A stretch of DNA of 63,728 nucleotides, counting the filler, from Klebsormidium nitens (taxonomy: Eukaryota; Plantae; Klebsormidiophyceae), in the NCBI GenBank assembly GCA_000708835.1. It is 4 parts of 4 records of this genome, joined end to end, with 100 filler letters (N's around TTAATTAATTAA, not from the genome) between each part and the next. Parts side by side here need not be neighbours in the genome. Positions count along the whole stretch, not along the records: positions 21,510 to 26,279 come from DF238475.1; positions 26,380 to 42,045 come from DF238009.1; 2 more parts are not named here. The stretch is one strand, 5' to 3'. The translations under genes and the position numbers were made by a program. The notes beneath the pieces were generated by a model. The model did not search any database and was not told where the DNA came from. It worked only from the letters and a program-made list of their open reading frames with translations. Below, piece by piece: positions 22,011 through 32,861 of this stretch. Every line of letters begins with the position of its first letter. Within the stretch, counting starts at the first letter, position 1.

Positions 22011-25000
22011 ATGGCAGTGGAGCAGTGGGAAAGGGTGTCGCCGTATCGCCATTCCTCCGTCAAGTCTCTTGATCATGATCTGCCACACCAGTCTGGGTGG
22101 CACACAGATGCTGAATGTGACCGCCACTTGTCTGCCAATCCCAGCTGCAGTGGAAGAGCACCAGCGGCTTGTGCGGTTGCAGAGCCGGAGGCTTCTTATT
22201 TGCGGTCGCCGAGATCTGTTCTGAGGAAGCCCCAGGGCAGCTCGCATCCTGCTGATGAGGCGGCAGTAATGTCTGTTGATGAATTACGTCTTCACGCCTC
22301 AGAAGCTGACGCTTGGGTTCGGGTGCACAACAAGGTGTATGATGTCACTGGATTCTTAGATGCACATCCGGGAGGCAGACAGGTGAGGCGGAGCAAGGTC
22401 CACATGCCTCTACTTTTGCAGCACGCATTGGGGATTATAGCGGTGACTGTAGTGATAGCACTTGATTCTGGCCATGCCGAATCTGGTTTTACAGTATTCA
22501 GAACTCTCTCTAGGTCTGCTAGTTGGTTTTCAAGAGTGTCGACCCCTTGCTCTTGCTCCCTGGGATCAGTTTGGAGGTAGCATTGGATGGCATTGAAGCA
22601 CTTGCTGCGCAGATATGCTGCTCGCTCAACAAGTTCTGAGACATGCGATTCCCTTGTGATTTCTTGCATGCTGCATCTTTTTTCTTTAAGAGTCCAGAAG
22701 CCCGAAGCAGCTTTCCAAATCGGCCTTGCAGTTCTTCGTAGAGGCTGTCATTCTTACCATGGGAACCTGTTCAAGTGTTTCCTCAACTGGAGTGGCCTCA
22801 ACCAGCAGAGTGACCTTTGCAACAAAATGCAAACGGGGATGTTATACTTCAATGTCAGCAGCTGCCTATCCTCCTGTCGCTACTGTTGCAGACACAGCTG
22901 AATAATTGTGATTATTGAGCTGGAGAAGAGAAGTGTATCTGACTCCTGAGTTTTGCTCCTTGACATGCTTAATGGCCTAGACGCCTCCGCTACCAGCTCA
23001 TCTCACCTACGCCAGTCTTTCAATCTCAGTGCCACTCAAGCCCAGCAGGCGGTCTGCTCAGGCCCTGCACGTGTCATAATTAGTGCAACTCTTGTGTTTG
23101 TGGCACAGGTCCTTCTGGAGCATATGGGGGGCAGTGATCTGGCCCCATTGATGGCGAGTCACCACGACAGCGGTGCGCATGCCCACAGCAGGGCAGCATA
23201 TGAGATCCTTGAACAGTACTGCATTGGGCGGCTCTCCGAAGCAGGCCTGGAGCCCAGGTAAACGCCCTCCCCTGACGTGTGCCTGCCTGCCAGCTGTCAA
23301 GAGCCCACCCTTTGGGAATCATCAGCGTGCATGTAGGTAGAGTGCAGCATCGGCCCCTCTGCATCCTGGGGGAGTCAGGGCAAGGGCAGTACGGGGGAAG
23401 TCCATCTTTTGGTCGCAAACCCGCACTTGTCGCGCCTGCTCAGAGTTGAAAGTCCTGGTGTGTGCAGTGCTCCCCCTCCCCAGGCTGCTCCCGCTGCGCC
23501 CGACTTCCAGGTGGACCCCAGCAAGCCGCTGGTCTTCCAAGTAAGTGCCCGGGCGCTGCCCCTGCGGAGAGCGTTTGGTCCCTAGCAAGTTACTTGAGGT
23601 CTTCAGATTTGGTGTCCTATCTTGAATCCAGGCTGCTGCGATCTTACCCTTGCTACTTTTAGCCCCCTTGGTGTGCCGGTTGCATTTAGGCACCGGCGCG
23701 CCGCCTGCTTGTCCTGCACCCCCCACCCCACCGCGTGGCTCCCCCCTGCTGCAGGTGGGCCACCTGGGCCCCCGCTACGACGCATGGGTGCACCAGCCCA
23801 TCGTGTCCCGCGCCCACCCCCGCTTCTTCCACAGCCATATCCTGGAGGTGCGCTCACATGCTGCTCTGGGGACATCCCTGGTACGCGCAGGCCGCACCTC
23901 TTGCTGCCGATCTTGTCTGCTATCTGCTGTTTGCTGCGGACCCCTTTTGGCTGCCGCTGACGCACAGTGCCACCCCTGGCCGCAGTTCCTGAGCATCACC
24001 CCCTGGCAGGCCATCCCCGCGGTGTGGCTCCCGGTGGTGGCTGCGCTGCAGCGGGCCGCGCACCGCGCCGGGCTGGCCCTGCCCACCCACGCGGCGTGCG
24101 TTGCGGGGGGCCTGCTGCTGTGGACCCTCCTGGAGTACTCCCTCCACCGCTTCCTCTTCCACCAGAAAACGAGCAGCTACTGGTAAGCCGGCTGCCCTCC
24201 ACGAGCTGGGAGAGCTCATCTTGGCACCTCTTCTTTGCAGACTGCCATGTGCAAGTTTCTAGACATTCTATTTTGGCGTTTGGTGTCTCGCGTATCGGGC
24301 CCTTTTTTTGGGCCTTTTTTGTAATTTTGAGGAGTACTCGTGTAATTGTTGCCTGAGGTAAGATCGTTCGGCTTATCTTTCTGCGCATTTTTATCGTCAC
24401 TGGTGAGATGTCTACGAGAATAGGCTACAGCAGGCATACTCATAGCCGACTGATATTGTAAACCTCCGTCCAAAACACTTCCCAGATGGATGACTTCCTG
24501 GTCGGTTGGCTTAAGTTCGCCAGAGGTAAGTTCTGGTCCAGTATCTCAGAAGGTTGCTCTTTTGGCAAGTGCGAAACTAAGATTGAACAAGCCCTCCATG
24601 AGAGCCCAGCTACTTCTGTGGTCCCCCCTACGCTTCTCGCACGGTGGCCTGTGTCTATACCTGCAGCCGACCCCGCTCCGTGCACCCATGCCGGCTTTGT
24701 CCCTTTCGCCTCTTGCTCGGTGCCTGTGGCGCTGCTGGTCTGCTGAGCGGCTGGTTCGTTGCAGGTTCAACACGCTGCACTTTTTGCTGCACGGCGTGCA
24801 CCACAAGCACCCCATGGACTCGTACCGACTCGTCTTTCCGCCGGTGCTCACCCTCATCTTCGTCGCCCTGGTAAGCCAGCCTGCCGCCCGCCCACAGCTT
24901 GAAACTTCTACCTCCGCAATCGTGCTCCCCTGTTGGGACAGCGCCATGTGGCCTGCCCTTGTAGTGCCCGCCCCAAGTTCCCCAAGCCTATATCCGTTGT

Positions 25001-25477
25001 TGTATTGCGGCGCCCATGCCATCTGTCGTTTGGCGCAGTTTTGGCCGCTCTTCTACGCCGTGTTGCCCTTGGGGCCGTGCTGTGCGATGTTTGGCGGCGT
25101 GCTGCTGGGCTATGTGGGGTACGACCTGACCCACTACTACCTCCACCACGGCACCTCCACCTGGGCCCTGCCGCGGCAACTCAAGGTAACGCCCATGCAC
25201 CCAGCAGCGGAACCGCCGGCCTTGACAGCCACAATTGTGCACGTCTGCTGTAAGGTGCTGTAAGTTGCCTCACATGGATTTGGCGCTTGAGCTGTCTATG
25301 CAGACTGTACGTGAACCGCCCGGTTTGCAGGTGCAGCAGTTGTGCGGGCCGCATCTGATTTGGAACTCGTGTTTGCAGCGTAATCACATGAAACATCACT
25401 TTAAGTTTACAGAAAGCGGATTCGGCATCACAAGCACCCTGTGGGATCACATTTTTGGATCTCGACTCCCCGAGTAA
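22011..25477 (+). CDS. FAH: Sphingolipid fatty acid 2-hydroxylase (SCS7/FA2H/FAH family) with N-terminal cytochrome b5 domain, 8 exons
   Basis: Phase-consistent exons: 22011(or 22269)-22382, 23109-23257, 23468-23540, 23755-23847, 23986-24182, 24765-24870, 25039-25185, 25379-25477. b5 motif HPGG. His boxes HRFLFH, HGVHH, HYYLHH, HMKHH. Also RLVFPP and GITSTLWDHIFG. Confidence 0.93.
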
Positions 25478-26459
25478 GACTGTGCATTGCGCACACATTG
25501 GCTCGGCCTCACAAAGCAAAAGGACTGATACTTATTAGCGCAAAGTGCAGCCTTCAGTTAGTCGAGATAGGAATGTAAGTAATTCTACATCATTTATTCG
25601 AGATCAGACAGTGGGCTAGATGCAAAGCTTTGCATACTGCCAAGCAAGCACCGGCTGCATAAGGAGTGCCCTCAATGGACCTCATAGAACATGCTTGAAT
25701 CTGTTGTCATGAGTCCACTTCAATATCTGGTAGGTTTGGATAGTATGAGAGAGAGACAGTAAGCCTGTTGCTGCTTTATTGAACTGTCATAGATCGCAAA
25801 GCAGACCGGACAGGTTGCGATTGCCCATAACTCATCAGTGACCTGTCCGAATAGATAGATTTTGCCACTTACCCGATGGCCGATCTTAGTTACAGCTAAT
25901 CTGGTACATTGAGTAGGGTTACTTTACCAAGTCAACCAAATTCAGGCTTGGCACAAACAAATGAAGATTGAACCGCTTCGACCAATAAAGCCTGACGTCC
26001 GAAAGTCCAAGCGGCATCCCATCCCGGCTCATCCCCAGATCGCCGTGAGATCGATCCCTCAAGTCCTGCAAAGTTATTCTCAACGTCGGACACAATTAAA
26101 GTGAATCATTGTTAACTTAGCTAGGCCCATTTATCCGATCATTCATGACGATCTTGCAGTACGTGGTACGTTACGGACGACCTGCAGCTTAGGCCATATT
26201 GTCACGTGACGTATTTCGAATCGGCGGCCCCCTTCCCCTCGAGAGACATATACCGTGACCGTCACGATTGTAGCTGATGNNNNNNNNNNNNNNNNNNNNN
26301 NNNNNNNNNNNNNNNNNNNNNNNTTAATTAATTAANNNNNNNNNNNNNNNNNNNNNNNNNNNNNNNNNNNNNNNNNNNNAAGGCGTGCTGAAAAGCTTCG
26401 CATGGTTTCCGCACATGTGAAGTAGACAGGCAGCGTGTAAACCCTGTCCAACCGTCACA

Positions 26460-28383
26460 TCCGGCCCCATTCCCCCCGAGCTCAGCAGTCTAACCCAACT
26501 CTCGGTCCTTGACCTTTCCTCCAATGTTCTCTCCGGCCCCATCCCCCCCCGAGCTCGGCCGCTTGACCGGACTCGTCGACCTCTCCCTCTCCTCCAACGG
26601 CCTCTCCGGCCCCACCCCCCCCGAGCTTGTCAGCCTGACCAGACTCAGGTTCCTGCAACTCCACGATAATGCCCTCTCCGGCCTGGTTCCCCCCGAGCTC
26701 GGCAGACTGTCGCGCCTCACCGTCCTCGATCTCTCCTACAACGAGCTTTCCGGCCCCATCCCCGCCATGCTCGGCAGCCTGACCGACCTCTACTTATTCA
26801 ACCTCAGTTTCACAGACACATCTTGCGAAGTGCTCGACATGTCTCGTCTGAAGAAGGTCTCGAGACTAGGCCTCCCTTGCTCGCCACCCCCTTCTTTCAA
26901 GCACAACAATCTGACCTACGTGGCGCTATCCGTGAGCAACAACATTCCCACCAGACACCTGGATCTCTCGTCGGTGCCAGACTCCTGCAAGATCGTCAAC
27001 CTGACGGGCTCGCACCCGGATCTCGAGAGCATCCGGTTCTGGGGAGCCTGCGACGAAGGCTGCGTCGTGAGCTTGGCGGGCACGGGGGCCAGATTGGGTC
27101 GCAGAACGCGCAGACAGGTGTGCTTGAGTCGGATATCGGTCTTCCTCTCGGGGGACATTCCCTTCCCCCTGTATAATGACGAGAGCAGATTCTTGGGCGT
27201 TCTCAGCAACGCGCACGGGAACTACACCTTGGCGGACCCGGACTTTGTGGATCTGATCGACCTGGGGCGCGACGGGAGGGCGTACACGGGGGTCGGGTTC
27301 TCGAGGGTCCAGGCGGGCAATCTCTGCGGCAATCCCGAGGCGAAGGTGGTCACGGCGCTCGTCTTCGGGGTATTCGCCGTCCTCTCGCTGGTGGCGACCA
27401 TCTCCATCGTTGCGGTGGCCCGCTGGCGCCGTCGAGTCCGGGGTATAGGACTCGAGACTGCAGTTGGGGGGCGACTCGGGTAAGTCGTTGGGATGGGCGC
27501 TGGAATTCGAACGCGTCTCTCCTCTCGCCCGACTTCCAGCACTTCGAGTATCTAGTGAGTCCGTCATGCCGCGTTTCATATCTGCTGCTAGAAAGGGATT
27601 CGTAATCCGTGCGCTTACGTTCGCAGGTTCAAACGTGCTGGACTCTACATCTGGGGAGCTGCACTGGGCGTTTAACCCGTCGTGGACGTCGTCACCGACT
27701 TCATGGTGCTGAGCGAGGTCTGGGGGGCGTGGCCGATGTGGGTTGTGCTGGCGTCGGTCTGCGCGCCCTTCGTGTGGGGGTCCTTCGTGGTGGCCAAGGC
27801 CTGGTCCTCGACCGGGGTTCCAGTGCGCGGGTGGAAGGGGTTGCGGGTGAAATGGTTGTGGCCGCTGCCGGCCCTGAATGATGAGCAGCCGAGGACCTCG
27901 GACGGGTGGTCCCCGCGCGCCGCGGTTCTGGCAATCCTGCTGCTACCCCTGGGCCTCTTGGGGGTGCTCGTCCAGGACCTGCTATCCGTGGCGGAGAGGT
28001 TCGGGCTTCATCTGGGGACCGGGGACCAGATCGTCGTGTTCGAGGGCTATCACGAGTCCCGGGTGGTGGTCGAGCTGCTCCTGGAGTCCCTGCCCCAGGC
28101 GGTGTTCCAGACGGGACTCTACGTCATAGGGAGCTCGAGGGCGACCCGCATCTACATCGACCAGCGCATATTCGTGCAGTCAATCGTGGTGTCGCTCTGC
28201 AGTCTGTCTGTGCATTACTGCACCATGCTCTGGGAGGCGGTGTACGAGGGCAGGTCGCTGGTCAGGGTGTTCCTGGACCGGTTCGGGAGTGCGGGGCAGC
28301 CGACTCTCGTGACGGTGACTTCCCAGCGGAGCGCGGATGAAGAAGTGGAAGGGTTGAGCCTGAAGGTGGCCAGTTCAAAATAG
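26460..28383 (+). pseudogene. LRR-TM-XK-like membrane protein, copy 1 (5'-truncated, disrupted)
   Basis: LRRs begin abruptly at 26460. Extra C in the C-run at ~26543-26550. Intron 27480-27626. In-frame TAA at 27673-27675. Exon 2 has VDVVTD and ELLLESLPQAVFQ. Paralogous to 32862-36675. Confidence 0.8.
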
Positions 28384-28844
28384 CTCAGAGAATCGAGTAG
28401 AAGTCGATGGTTTGCGACCTTACGATAGCCCGTATTTAGTGCCAGATCAGTTCACTGAAACTCGCGCGACCACGCCCCTTCGAAATTTCCAACACTCCGG
28501 CCGTCTGCCACTATACTACTGGACTGTGGTGTTACATCATAGGGACTCAGTGATAATGATCATGCTGACGTGTTCTTGCCAGTCTGCATGTCTTCGATAC
28601 TGGTCCATTCTTTGACGTATAGGCCTCACATTAGGACTTGAAGCGGCGATCTCGGGGATGCCGTAAGCTTGTATTCGTGTGTAGCATGCCTTCACGGATT
28701 ACATGTTGTTTATACGTTCGAGCACACACTGTGTCGCATGTCCAGAATAGCTCTTGGTTGGCGCCGCGGACTGACATGGCACGTGTCCGAAATGGACCCT
28801 TATTCGCGCGGTCGCTGTCATACCGTTGCTCTTGTTGAGCGCGC

Positions 28845-29210
28845 GCCCGCCGAGCTGTATGCAAAGGCTGCCGACCAGGGCGACGCTCGGGGGCAGGGCG
28901 CACTTGGTGTCTGCTTCCAGCTGGGCACGGGCGTAAGAAGAGAGACGAGGCGCGCGTCGCCGAGGGGTCGCCGAGCTGTTCGCTCGGAAAGCCGCCGACC
29001 AAGGCGACGCGACGCTGCAGTGCTGCGTGGGCGTGTGCTACGAGAAGGGCACGGGCGTGGAGAAGGACGAGGCGCGCGCCGCCGAGCTTTTTGCGAAGGC
29101 AGCCCACCAGGGCGACCCACCGGCGCAGCACAGTCTGGGATGGTGCTACGAAAACGGCAGGGGCGTGGAGAAGGACGTGCCGCGCGCCGCTGAGTTGTAC
29201 GAAAAGGCCG
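28845..29210 (+). pseudogene. SEL1-like (TPR-class) repeat gene fragment, frameshifted
   Basis: About 3 repeats of type AELFAKAAHQGDPPAQHSLGWCYENGRGVEKDVPRA. Confidence 0.8.
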
Positions 29211-29214
29211 AAAA

Positions 29215-30185
29215 GCGGAAGGCACCGGAGCTGCTGGACGCGTTCCCGCTATCAAGCGCGTGACCCCTCGGAGCAAGACCTTCGCGAACCGCATCACCAT
29301 GGATGGGGTGTTGGCGAGCGTATACTTCCTGGTGAATCAAAGGGGGCCGCCCAAGGAGGACCGGAAGGTCACCATCCACCCGGAGCAGCGGGTGGTGGGG
29401 CTGGATCCCGGTAAGAGCCCGGACTTCCTGACGGGGGTGACCGTGAGGGGAGACTGGAACGGCATAGAGCATCAGAGCGGTGACATACATTTCGAGACCA
29501 AAGAGTTCTACCACCTAGCGGGGTTCAAGAAGCGCACGTTCCTGATGAGCCGGTGGATGGCCAGGGACGTGGATGTGGCTTGGTTCAACGAGAGAGCCCA
29601 ATCCGGAGACGGACTGGGCCTGGAAGAGTTCGGCAGGCGAGTGACGGCGGTCACCGGTAGCATGTACGCGCTCATCCGCTTCCACACCGCACGGAGGGTC
29701 CGGAAGCTGAGGAGACGAGTGACGGTCGAGAAGCAGCGGGAGGTAGACCGAGTGTGTGCGGACATCACGGGAGGGAAAGTGGTTGTGGTTGTGCCTTCGG
29801 TGCGGCTGCGATGGGGAAAAGAATGACCTAGGGCCAGGGCGGCCCGTGTGAGGCTGTCATGCGGCGGTTGAGTAGCCATCATAGAGCGACGGTGGTGATG
29901 GTCGCAGAATTCAGGACGAGCAGGAGGTAAAGCACTTGCCCCTCCGACGTGGGAGGTTTTAGGGTGCCAAGGCGGCGCAGGATCATCGAGGATGGCATGC
30001 TCACTATGAGCGGAGGGAGCTACGAGACGTGCCACAACGTGCGAGCGTGTACGAACCCACTGTGTCGCATAGTGTGGAATAGAGACGTCAATGCAGCCAG
30101 TAATATAGCGTGGATATGCGTGTTGATAGCGAGAGGTGAGAGGAGGCCGGCGGAGTTCACTAGGGCCGGAGTGTGGGGGAGCTAA
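29215..30185 (+). pseudogene. Second, divergent Fanzor1 (5'-truncated, frameshifted)
   Basis: KTFANRITMDGVLASVYF, RuvC-I VVGLDPGK, EFYHLAG, RuvC-II VMVAEFRTS, CTNPLC-x3-WNRDVNAASNI and RPAEF. Frameshifts and stops at ~29800-29945. Confidence 0.85.
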
Positions 30186-30240
30186 CAACAGAACGCTTTA
30201 AGCACGAGTGTGCCTAGAACTCTGTTCGTCTAGGTACTTC
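30186..30240 (+). ncRNA. Candidate omegaRNA 3' structure of the second Fanzor
   Basis: 8-bp stem GTGCCTAG 30210-30217/CTAGGTAC 30230-30237 (one G-U). AACAGA 30187-30192 is complementary to TCTGTT 30221-30226 inside that hairpin. Confidence 0.4.
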
Positions 30241-30801
30241 GGTGAGAATCCAAGATACACTTGAGTGCTATGGCGATGTGTATAACGTTATACAGGCATC
30301 CACCGAAAAGAAGTTCGGTGAACGTGAAGATAATCCATCATGCATTTACGTTTCAAGAGCTTCACATACCTTTCTCTCTGCAGTTGAGCAACTTGGCGAT
30401 GGGCTGCTTCTGCACGCTCTGTCTCTGTCGCTACGCGTTGGTCAGCCACCCAGTCAGCGCGTTCCAACTCAGCAATACGCTGTCGGCACTATTCTCCGCC
30501 ATGTTGCCTGCTTCAAGGGATAAAAAGAGAGTCACCCTACACGCAAGAAGCAACGCTCACGTTCTGACTGGCTCCAAAAGCAGTGCACTGAGGTCACAAG
30601 TATGCTTCTGCAAGAATGTCCACAGGGTCTTCGACAGCGGCTTTTTTTAGGGTGAGCGGGTTAACAGCGCCGCCTGCCGAAGGAGGAATGCGCTAGCGAG
30701 AGCCAGACCAGCGGCTCTCGGGTCGACTCCGAGGGCTCCTCGTAGATTCGGACGGTAGCTATGAAAACAATATTTACGGCACTGTTAAGCTCCTATTGAG
30801 C

Positions 30802-31749
30802 ATGCCCGTCTTGTTCGATGCTCTGGTCGTCTTCGTGACGGCTTGCTATAGCGCGATGACAGGCGCCCTCGCGTGCGCCGTGGTGGTCTTGGACGACGAG
30901 TCGGATGATGAGATTTAAGGAAGTAGAACGGCCGAAGTTCTCCCGATCGGACGGGATGTTGCTCTTCACAGAACGACGGCTCGCACACGAAGTCCGAGCG
31001 AAGAGGCGGGATGGGGGCGCAGGTGCTCCTCTGCCGGCCTTGTGCGGGGCGCTTCTGGATTCGACGGGGGACGAGCGGGACGTTCGGACGAACACCAGCA
31101 GGAAGAAGCTCCCGGGCTCAGATGTCTGCGGATCGCTCAGTTGAAGCTCCCCGCGCCCGTGGGCGAGCGGCCGACGAGATCGCGATGGCCTGGTTGCCAA
31201 CCAGTGTCGCAACGCAAGCAGCGTGGTATCGCTAGGCGTGGGGTGCTGATGGCCGCCGTGTTCTGTGCGTGTCGGATACGTGGGGCACCCGTGAGGGCAC
31301 CCGTGACGTCAAAGGAGCTCTCCAGAGTCACCGGTGTCCCGCTGCCCTCGCTCACGGACGCATGCAAGAAGATGGGGGCCTGGGTGGAGGGGCACTGGAC
31401 GGAGAGTTCTGGCATGCCGGTCGGTGCGGACGCTCTCTTGCTTCAGGCGTGCGAACACGTCATGGTAGGCCGGGACGCTGAAGAGACGAAGGCTCTCTCG
31501 GCAGGATGCAGGAGACTCTGCGCGGACCGGTCTTGGGCTCTGGCCGTTCAGGGCAGGACTCCGAAGGTGGCGGCGGCGGCGGTCATCTGGACGGTCGCAA
31601 CACGTCGCGGCATGAGCCTGGGCAAGAAAGAGGTCGCCGTAGGCTGCCATGTCTCGGTCGCATCTCTAGACAGATGTGCGAAGCTCATGCGAGAGGCGGC
31701 GGCAGACCCTCCGCCGAGTGGGCTGGATCTGAAAATAGCACTGACTTGA
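30802..31749 (+). pseudogene. TFIIB-like transcription factor, intronless and frameshifted (giant-virus-like)
   Basis: Broken Zn ribbon (CPSC...CAVVVLDD). Two cyclin-fold repeats: RGVLMAAVFCACR...TSKELSRV and QGRTPKVAAAAVIW...GKKEVAVGCHVSVASLDRCAKLM. Confidence 0.65.
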
Positions 31750-32861
31750 CCGATCTTCGGAGTGATAGAACCAACGCGTCCACCTAGCGCGCTGGGAGAG
31801 CGGTCAAACGCTCGCAAACCTATCCGCGAGGCGTGTGGATTAGTACTGGAATGGGGGACCAGAGTACGGTACCCCGCTCTATTTCTGGGAGTCCTAGTGC
31901 CCCATCGAGTTATCGCAAAAATTAGGGAGAGGGGTTGCGACTTACCTCGCAGAGAAGGTGGCCGGGGTTCAAATTCCTGGGCGAAGTTGGCGTGCTCGCT
32001 TGCACCCACCTGCTCTACCGGAGGCCAAAATGGCCGAGGTAAAATAGAAAACAAAAAACAAATGTAACGCACTTGCCCACCCTGTACATTGGCTCCCGGG
32101 ATCGGCCGTCGATGACAATGCCCGTGCCATGTCAATGTCATTATTTACCCCTAGTAATGACGTCATTGTGGGGACAGATTCGATGACAACATGCTTGGGA
32201 ATTTGGACCAGACCACAATTGCTGGAGCATTACCGGTAGCCTAAATCGAAGAAAACAATACCGGTAAACGAAGCAAGGGTTGAAGGATTGGTGTGCACAT
32301 AGCCAAGACTAGCCAGGGCGGACGATCCCCTTCCTTCTCAGATATTCCACTCAGAGCGAACATGGACTCGCCTCATTCAATAAGAAACCCACCACATTCA
32401 CGGCGCTCCTGGAAGCCCTAAGTGGGGGATGGCCTTGGAAAGTGGAAGGTGAACATATTTGGGAACCGCTGCTCTCTGCTGCCTCGAGAAGCCAAGTACA
32501 AGGATGCGTCAGGCACATTGATCTGTATCCACGCGGTGAGTCCATATGTGAAATTTTCTGTCTAGGCCTGGCGGTATATTGTACCTCATTTTCTGGGTCA
32601 TGTGCTCATTCCCGAGAATACCGCTGCATTCTTTGAAGATTCTTTGTAGCGTTGCATTGTCACATCCTTATGATTGTACCTTTAAATTTGGAGCGGCATG
32701 TGGCAACAGGCTCCTGACGAGCCTGTGTAAGGTTCTTTGTCGTCGTCATATGCAAGGCGGTGTGTGCGGACTTGGGGTGGAATCTGTGACCCATGGAAAG
32801 GGAGCCCGTCGCTTGAGCTGGGGCTAATTTCTCTTTCCTTCTCGCACTTTTAGGTATCACC

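Noticed and set aside
26400-26459. Possible LTR end (...CCGTCACA) truncating LRR-XK copy 1
   Set aside because: Only 60 bp before a gap; no PBS, PPT or partner LTR visible.
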